A stretch of DNA of 64,000 bases from assembly GCA_000165345.1 (NCBI GenBank), contig CM000432.1, forward strand, positions 128,001-192,000. The letters run 5' to 3'. Both the position numbers and the translations under genes were made by a program. This document shows positions 1 through 8,800 of this stretch, one piece after another; position 1 is the stretch's first letter, and every line of letters begins with the position of its first letter. Under the pieces are notes generated by a model. The model did no database searches, was not told the DNA's origin, and worked only from the letters and a program-made list of their open reading frames with translations.

Positions 1-846
1 GCGGTAGTTGTGTTAGCAGCAGCAAAGGCAGCAGAAGCAGCACAAGGTTATGATAACAACAATAACAATAATAATGTTAAAGAACTTTATGAAGAGAGCG
101 AAAATACGGCAAATCAAAGATTAGAAGCTGTTGATTCAATGTTAAAAAGTCACCACTCAGCGTCTAATTCTCCAGTTTTATCACGGGATGGAGAAAAGAA
201 TGAATTATCATCTGTTACTGTCTCAAAGCCGTTAGAAAATAATGAGGGACTTAACAAGGATTTATCAGTGACTGCTGAATGTGAAGAAATGACAAGTTAT
301 CAGAAAGATTACTCAAATAACAATAATAGTAATGGTAATGGTAATGTTAATGGAATAGAAATTCCTTTAGAGTCAAATATGTTATTGAATAATCATCACA
401 ATAACCATTTATTAATGGATACAGTTAATTCCAAGATGGTATCATCAGGAATTTGTATAAATGGCAAGTATGAATTAATAGGAAATGAAATAAATATTGT
501 TCATACGAACAATAGTAATGATGATGGTATTATTTCAACTGAAGGTGTAGGAGGTGGTGTTGTTTCTACTTCCTCTGCCACAGTAACATCTTCTACGTCC
601 TTGGAAGTATCTGATCCATTTTGTTACCCTACTCCAATAGCTTTATCTTCAGCATCGAACCATATAGAAAAGAATGAAATTAACGATGGCCGTAGTAATG
701 GTGATCCCACTATTAATAATAGTATTGATAACAGTACTAGTAATACTGGAAATACTAGCAATACAGAAGGTGGTGTTTCATTGGTTTCAAGAGGTTTGAC
801 AACTCAATCAACAACTGATACAAGTATAGAAACACCAGGGAACTGA
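1..846 (+). CDS. 3' end of a gene that begins upstream of the window; Asn/Ser/Thr-rich low-complexity protein of unknown function
   Basis: Frame 1 is open from nt 1 (AVVVLAAAKAAEAA...) to the stop at 844-846. Composition is dominated by N/S/T runs and I recognise no domain. Seen directly in the sequence. Confidence 0.4.
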   Translation, partial: AVVVLAAAKAAEAAQGYDNNNNNNNVKELYEESENTANQRLEAVDSMLKSHHSASNSPVLSRDGEKNELSSVTVSKPLENNEGLNKDLSVTAECEEMTSYQKDYSNNNNSNGNGNVNGIEIPLESNMLLNNHHNNHLLMDTVNSKMVSSGICINGKYELIGNEINIVHTNNSNDDGIISTEGVGGGVVSTSSATVTSSTSLEVSDPFCYPTPIALSSASNHIEKNEINDGRSNGDPTINNSIDNSTSNTGNTSNTEGGVSLVSRGLTTQSTTDTSIETPGN

Positions 847-1350
847 TAGAGCAATAGTAATTAGTGATTATATTTGAATTTATTGATAATTAGTTTATAT
901 AATTAATATTATACTTTTTTTTTGGATGATCATGAATATTAAATTAGGTCTTGAAAGAAAGAAAAACGCCAAGTATAATTTTAAAATGAATGTTAATACA
1001 ATTTTGATCAGGCGATTATTGTGATCTATGTTTATATAATTTTTTCTTTAAATAAATAAATGTAAATTTTAATAATTAATCATTAAAAAAAAGAAGAAAC
1101 TTGGCAGAATTAATAGCGATAACTAAATGATTTATAAGACAAACATAAATATGATGGAAGATATCACTGTTTTTTATTAAAATTTTAAAAAAGTCATTTT
1201 TTTTCTCTTTCTCATCTTAAGCAAAATTTTTTCTCGTAGCTTATTTATCCAATATTTTAATCAATAGCCATTAATTATACTTTTTTGAATTATTCATGTG
1301 GAAAATTTTTGTGATACAATACCGGTATTGAAAGTGCGAAATTTCAAATG

Positions 1351-1392
1351 ATTGCATGCATGTCCACATAATGCATGCAAATATGCATAAGA
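1351..1392. promoter_or_regulatory. Cluster of TGCATGCA-type palindromic motifs ~160 bp upstream of the predicted first exon of the COWP-like gene
   Basis: gattgcatgcatgtccacataatgcatgcaaatatgcata has two exact TGCATGCA copies plus an ATGCATA. The motif is a well-known apicomplexan upstream element; that AP2-family proteins bind it is general knowledge. Its promoter role here is inference. Confidence 0.5.
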
Positions 1393-1550
1393 AAATTGAG
1401 CGCAAAAAAGTTGATATTTAAGTTATTAGAATAAGATATGATGAATTAATAATATAAAGTTCTCGTCATCGAGTGCTGATGCATAGAAAAAAAAAGGAAA
1501 TGAGATTAAAATATTAATTACAGGAAAAAAAAGATTGGATAAAGATATTT

Positions 1551-4500
1551 ATGCAAGTAACATTAAGTTTTGCAGAAAAGCTGAGACCACATTTGAGAAA
1601 ATGTGTGTCTTTGTTTATATTATCAATACTGGTATTTAATGGTAGGTTGAAAATAAAATGAGGGAATTTTTTCTAGTCAAGAGAGAATTTACTATGAATA
1701 AAGAAAAAATTTCCAATACAAATTGAAAAATTAAAAAACAATTTATCTTTGAACAAATTGACTAAAATTTTAATTAGAACCAATTAATTCAGAGAATGGA
1801 CCACAATTAAGAAGATTAGGATCTCATCATCTTCATCACTCGCATCATCATACCCCTGTTCAAGTTCAGGGAAGTATTGTAAGAACGCCAACTGCTCAAG
1901 GATTAGCAAGAGAACTTCCTATTCCAACGCCTTTATATTCTCAAGTTCCAGAAGTGAATGGATCTGAGGAAACTGTTACATCAATACAAGAAACTGTGGT
2001 TGAAACAGGCCATCCAAAGTATTCAAAAAGAGATGTGATTGTTACAAGAGATCCCTTTTACACATGTCCTATGGGATTCAATTTCGAAGGTAAGTTAATA
2101 GGTTTTTTTATTTTCATTTAAACTTTGGAATAACTTTTATTTTAAATTAATTTTTTTTTATAGTTCCTACAATTGATGGAATATCATCATCCCCTCAGCA
2201 AAAATGTTTCAAAATGGAAGTAGCAGATTTTGTATTGGGATGTCCAAATGGTTGGGCATTTAATGGGATTAAATGCACGGGAGTTTTAACAGCAGATGCA
2301 CAGAAAGCATGTGATGAAGGTTTGGATATTTTAATGGACGAAAATGTTGGTATTCAATGTGTACAAAATTTGGTTGCCCCAAAACTTATTTCTTGTCCAG
2401 AAAATTACTTATTATTAGAAAATGAATGCGTTTTTCCAATGCATTCAAAACCTGATTTGATTTGTCCGGAATCCTTTGTTCCACTAAGTAATGGAAATTG
2501 TCAGAAAGATATAAGAGTTCCCGCAGCACTGGAATGTCCTCCAGAATACATTTTAAATAATGGTGAATGTGAAAAAAGAGTCGAAGTTCCAATATCACAA
2601 TTTAATAAAATTTGTCCATTAGGTTTTAATTTGGATACTGATGGAAATTGCACAAAACAAGTAAATATGAATGCTTTATTTACTTGTAAAGAAGGTTATG
2701 AAAAATCTCCAGTTGGAAATGGAGAAAATGGCTGTGTTAGATCAATTGTAATAGATGCAAGATATAGATGTCCACAAGAGTAAGTTTGGATTTGATTAAA
2801 AGTAATTATTTTAATTCATCATAGATATGAACTTATAGATAATAAATGTGTAAAGAAGATGACAAAGCCTCCAATGGTTTCTTGTCAAGAAGGTAAGTTT
2901 TTCATATCATTATTTCAAATAAATAACACTTAAATAAAAACCATTTACAATGCTTTATTTCTTAATCATTATTTTAACTAAATTAGGTTATTCTTTGGAA
3001 AATAATATTGAATGTGTTAAACAAAGCAAGTTACCAGCTAAATTTGAATGTCCAAAGAAGAAAGATTATATGTATAACCCACAAACAAAGTTATGTCATT
3101 CAATGAGTCATCATCATTCTCGTAAGTTATTAATTTGAAAATATATCAAAGAGACTAAAACTAATAATAACCTTTTTAATATCAGAGAAAACACATCAGC
3201 CATTAGTAGTATGTCCAGCTGGATCTATCCCACAAGACAATAGTCACTGTTTATCTATTGAAAGGTCACCTCCAAAAGTGGAATGCCTTGATTCAGGTAA
3301 GTTATTTCGACGGAAAAATCTTTTTGAAAAGAAAGTTTGAATTTGACTGTTTTTAATAATTTATAGGTTGGATTTTTGATCAGAGCATGAAATTATGTGT
3401 ATACAATGAATATACAAGTGTAAATTTTGAATGTCCCATGAATTCTCAAAATATAGGTAACGGAAAGTAAGTTGAAATAGGAAATCAAATAGTAAAAATA
3501 AAACACTTTACTTTAAAAAATACAAAGATGTAAAGTAATGGAAACTGAAAGTACTGATATTGAATGTCCACCTGAATTTGTATATGAAGGAAATGGACTA
3601 TGTATTAGCAGAATACAAGCGGATCCCCAGATTAAATGTCCAAATGGTAAGTTTTAATTGAGTATTTGTAAAATTTTTCCTAATTACAAGTCTTATTTAA
3701 ATAATATTAACTTTATTAAATCATTGAAAACAGGGTCATCTGCTACTCCTCAAGGAACCTGCTTAAAAATTGAATTAATATTACCAAAACCAATTTGTCC
3801 AGAAGGACTTAGACCATCAATAACAGTAATGGATGGACAAATTCCATTGTGTATAGGAAGAGAAACAGTACCAAAACAAGAAACTTGTCCTTCAAATTAT
3901 GAACTTGTGACAGCCTCTGATACTGGGTTAAGAAGATGCAGAACATATACAAAAAGTGAACCAATAATAGCTTGTGCAAATGGATTTGTAGAGGATGCTC
4001 AAGGTTGTGTACAAACTATTACATCTTCTCCAAGACTACTATGTCCAGAAGACTATATACTTCAATATTCTAGATGTATTAAACAAATTGAGGATATGCC
4101 AAATAAAATGTGTCCAGCAGGATTTGAATTGATTGACGATGACCAATGCAGTCAAACAGTTTACTCGAAACCAATTCCAAATTGTCCTGACGATTATATG
4201 TTTGACAATATTGTTAAAAGATGTTATAAAGTAGATGTCCAATATGATTTTGCATCTGTAGATACAGGTATTTACAAGCAAAATTTTACAAGCATTGTAC
4301 AGACAGGAGAAAAGGATGATGATAAAGATGAAAAAACAAGTGAAAATGAGACAATTAAAGAAACTTTTCAAACAAATAATCCTCCTTTCCAGAATCAAAT
4401 TCCAAATTATCCTGGTGGAAGGTATCCTCCATATGAGAGAATGCTCCCTCCTCAAACTCAATCTCAATCCATAAGGCCTCCTCCAGTTCAGACAATGTAT

Positions 4501-4704
4501 CCACCACAAGCATATTTACAAAATGGAGTCTATTCAAGCTACGGAGGAATGATGCCTCAACCTACACAACTTAATACTGGTGCTGCAGGCTACGGCTACC
4601 CCTTTCCTGGCTTCCAACAGTATGCGCCTGCTCCAAGGTTTACAAATAGTCCATCTTACCCAGTTTATATGAGAAGTCTTTCGGAAGAAAAAAATGAGTT
4701 ATAA
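1551..4704 (+). CDS. Secreted cysteine-repeat protein of the Cryptosporidium oocyst-wall-protein (COWP) type, multi-exon. Proposed exons: 1551..1641 (candidate signal-peptide exon, low confidence), 1778 or 1793..2089, 2164..2779, 2825..2892, 2987..3121, 3186..3296, 3367..3466, 3528..3646, 3734..4704 (stop included).
   Basis: Repeated C-P-x-G-[FYW]-x-[LF]...C units (CPNGW, CPENYLL, CPESFVPL, CPPEYIL, CPLGFNL, CPAGS, CPPEF, CPEGL, CPSNYEL, CPEDYIL, CPAGFEL, CPDDYMF) match COWP type-I repeats. Every junction has a GTAAGT-like donor, an AG acceptor and a continuous frame (phases 1,2,1,1,1,2,1), and the joined sequence keeps the Cys spacing, for example ...RYRCPQE|YELIDNKCVKK... and ...NIGNGK|CKVMETESTDIECPPEF.... 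A His-rich stretch (HHLHHSHHH) sits near the N-terminus and a Pro/Gln/Tyr-rich tail at the C-terminus. Exon 1 (MQVTLSFAEKLRPHLRKCVSLFILSILVFN, donor G|GTAGGT, phase 1) is only a prediction of the missing signal peptide. Confidence 0.6.
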
Positions 4705-5110
4705 AATAATGTTAGATATGTTAATTGTGGAGTGATCTTTTAGCAATAAAATATAGCTTCACTAAATATAAATAAGTTTAATAGTCTTATTTTCTCCATT
4801 TTAATTTCTATCCTCCCTTCTATTTTTATGTATTTAGAATTGATTAAGGATTGATTGTAAAGAAGAATTTTCAAGTTAATTTTTAGCTTTTTTTAGTATC
4901 CAAGAAATTATATTTACATCTGTAAACAAAATTATACCTTTTATTTAAGTAAATATTATGTTTGATCAGAATTGAACAAGAAAATACAAAAAAAATTTCC
5001 AATGGAGAAAGGAACAGGAAAATTTCTATTTAAACAAGTATTTTTTTTAAAGATTCCAGTCGTAATCATTCTTTTTATCTAAAAATTCACTAAGTAATTT
5101 GTTTTTTTCC

Positions 5111-5180
5111 GCATGCATACATGTTTTGTGCTACAACATGCAACATAATTTGTCCACATGCATTATTAAATATATGCACA
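5111..5180. promoter_or_regulatory. GCATGCA/CATGCA motif cluster ~650 bp upstream of the Eaf1-like ATG
   Basis: gcatgcatacatg...acatgcaaca...acatgcatta...atatgcacac. Confidence 0.4.
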
Positions 5181-5827
5181 CAAAAATTTTTCGATATATT
5201 TGGGAATGGAATATGATGATTAGGGGGGAAAAAAGTGAGAGAAGCAAACAATAAAGATAATCTTCAAAAATGTTGGGAGTTATGTGATCTGGAACATAAA
5301 TATATAAGTTTGGTGAGAATAAAAAGAAAATGGACAGAGTATATTGAAAATTAAACTATGGGGGCATCAAGTGAATCATACCAGGTTTTAAATATCAAAG
5401 AAAATAAATGAACATTAACCTCAGGTGCGAAAAACATTTAATACAATCAAAAAACTTAGAAAAAAGCGGTAAACGTGCAGTAAGAATATTTATATTTAAA
5501 TAGTCAAGAATAAATAGTAATTTGAATAATTGGTAAGGAACTAAACGGCGGGAAAATAAATGTAGACAGATACCAAACAAAAACAATTTTTGGAAAAAAA
5601 AGCTGAAAAAGGGCCCACAAGAAGGTATAAAAATTGATCAAGATTATTAAAGTTTCAGAGAGTTCTTGGAAGTTTTTACGGCATTATTGCCAGAAAGTGG
5701 GTAATCTATCTGAAATCAGTGAAATTTTTGGAAAAAACAACTGTGTGGATTGTATTGTAGAATTAGCGAAAAATCGATGACAAGAATAAACTAAAAGAGC
5801 CTGGTGCAATATTTAGACTTGAATTCA

Positions 5828-8800
5828 ATGCTGAATCGACTGTATATGGCCGAGAAGGCCTTATCTATACTTCGCAGTGGCAATGCTATACCTTATCCTG
5901 AACCACAAGGTAGTGTAAGAAGCCAGTGGGATTTTTTACTACAGGAGATGACATGGATGTCAAAAGATTATTATGAAGAGCGAAGATGGAAAATTTATGC
6001 AGCCAGACGTTTATCACAAATGGTTCAGAATTATTGGAGGAAAAAGATGCTCAATTTGGAACGCCATATTTCATCTAAATGTAGCGCATTAATTCAGTCA
6101 TTTTGGCTTGGGATTGCTGATAATGTAGATCCTGAATTAATACCAAATGATTTGAAGCCATATACAATGGTTGTTCAGCCTGCACCCGTTGGTGAGGATG
6201 GTCAGGCAAACGCTTCTAAAAGGCGTTTATATAATTATTGCATAAGACAATTTGAAAGGAGTTTATATGAGTGTGAAAAGCTTAATGAGTTGACTAAAAC
6301 TTCTAACGATAATAATAAGGAGAAGAACGTTGAGAATGTTTCAGAAAATGAGATTCCAGCCTCTCCAATGAGCATTGACATCGACCACGATAACGAAAGT
6401 TGTCAGTGGGTAGTAGATGAGGATTTATTGCTACAATTGGATCCACTAGTCTTTGTAAAAACTGCAATTCCACCGACTGCATCATCCACAGATATAATTG
6501 ATCTAGATAACATCCAAAATAAGGGTTCATCAACCAATCAAAATATAGGATCTTCGGCATTAGGTGGTACAAATGCAAATACAAATGCAAGTAATACGGG
6601 AAATACTGTTGGAAGTTCTTCCAAATCTTCATCAAACAATTCGGCCATAACCAAATATTCAGAAATATCCGATTTATTTAACGAATTTTCAAAGAAGCAG
6701 GAAACCGTAGTGGATTTGAATGATTATCGTAAATATCTTGAGAATTGGGCAGATACTGTTCAAGTACTACTTCAAGGACCTGGAATAATTAATACAAGAG
6801 CAGAGTATCGCCCACCTAATTTTCATTTGGATTCAAAGAATTATTTGGTCGCTCCCAGGTCAAACTTTCTGGAGATGGAAGATATATCTCTCATTCTTTC
6901 TCTGTTTGTACTTGCAGTGGATCACTTACCAGCATTCTTAAATCGTTATATGGCATCATCTCCTTCTAATGTTGTATATAGATCTTCAGGAGGAATGATA
7001 TCAGGTTCTTCGTCTCATGAATCTATGGTAAACGACTTTAATGTAGAAAGTAAAAGGAAGAGTAGAAGAAGAGCAGCTTCAAACACAAAGAAGATATCTG
7101 GTGTAATGCCTCCACCCATTCAATCCTCAGTTTCAATGCCACATGGAGTTTCTGGTGGTATTGGTCTTCCACAATCTTCTGCGGTGTCTTCAGTTGGAGG
7201 TGCTATGGGTGGAGGAGTTGCAGGAGGAGCAGTTTCTGCTTCTGGAGGGATTTCAGGTCCTAGCACTGTTCCAATGGTAGGAGACCAATCTACAAGCTTT
7301 GATATTCTTGCATATGCCGATACTTGGGATACTTCCGAAGACATTATATTAGTTTATTTCGTTTCTCAATACTCTTCAACACCTAGTTGTGGGGTTTTGA
7401 GCAAAAAGTTGGTTCCCACAACAAATTGGAACTTGATTGCATTATCTCATAATTACTTTTTTGGTGCTTTATATGGGAGGATGAAAACAGCAAAGCAATG
7501 TCAGGAAAGGTGGAACTTTTTGAATAGGGATGAAATTGATGGATCATCTATTGAGCATGTTGAAAAGAATGTTAGCAAGGATAAAGCTACTGAGGAAGAA
7601 GCTGTTAGTAACAATGGAGAATTATCTGGGAATGCAAGCAACAAAGAAGCAGCTAGCGCTATAGTTATGACTGAAGGCAACGATACAGGTAATGTTACCA
7701 AGAGCGATATAGATCGGTTGATGAAAAGGGAGAAGCAAATCCGGATAATGCCTAATTTGAACAAGCGATATATTATAAGCAGTACTCTTTTGAAACATTT
7801 AAAGGAGTTTAGTAAATCTTTGGAAGATTCCGAGGGATCTGAAAACAAAGCGGAGAATGGATGCCCTAAAGTTGCTTCAGAAGAAGTTGGAGGTGAATTG
7901 ACCGGCACAATAGATTCATCTTCAATGAAAGATTCAAAGGAATTAGAGAAAATGGAAAGTAATGTTACTGATGGTAAAGCTATTTATGGAGACAACTTGC
8001 TATATTTCAAGAAAAAGATCATTCCTAAGATGACTATATTGGATTTAATCGAAAAGAGCAACAATGTGAGAAGTAAGACGGAGAATCATTTAGAGAGTAA
8101 TTCGGGTTCTAATAATGATAATAGTACCGGCTCTAGTATATTAGCTTCTCAGAATAATCAGGGATCTGAGGGTACCCATAACGAAGTTAAAAGCCAGAAT
8201 ATTGTTTCCAATAATGAAGATGGTGAATGCACTAATAGGGGAAATAACAAGGGGTCAAATAATATTAAGACAGTAAGCTCTTATCAGAGAGAGCAATTGG
8301 AGCTTTTGTCTTCAATAGTGAGCAAATTTGGTGCAAACATGAGAAAGAGGTCATTACAGAATCAGCAGTTTCAAGACTCTTTCCAGATTACTTCTTATCT
8401 GCAGACAATTCAACAAAATTATGGGTCAAACATCCTTCAGGACGGGGTATTACCACCTCACCAGAGCCATGCAAATCTAGTAGCACATGTTAATCAGATG
8501 CTAAATCAACATATAGAGTCTACAATGGCCAATTATAATAATACTGGAGGTGGTAATGTTGGCAACAATACTTCCACAAGTACTAATACTGGTGGTGTAA
8601 ATACTAATCCCAATAATGCTGGGACTTCTAATGCTAATGCTGGTGGGAATAATATCAATGGAAATGTTAACAACAATATTGGCGGTGGAGGTAGCATTGT
8701 TGGAAATAATTCTAATGGAGTAATTAACTCAGGCTCAGGTGGTCCTAGTACCAGTAGTAACATGCCAAATCATACTCAAGGTAATTCGGGTACTCAAATG

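Noticed and set aside
847-1550. Possibility that the low-complexity ORF ending at 846 splices onto the COWP-like exons
   Set aside because: There is no plausible GT donor near 846. The N-rich low-complexity protein and the Cys-repeat protein are unrelated in composition. A separate signal-peptide exon at 1551 explains the COWP 5' end better.
2386-4537. Minus-strand ORFs inside the COWP-like exons (2386..2598, 4039..4509, 4355..4537)
   Set aside because: Antisense to Cys-repeat coding exons whose frames are conserved. Such ORFs are expected by chance in AT-rich DNA.
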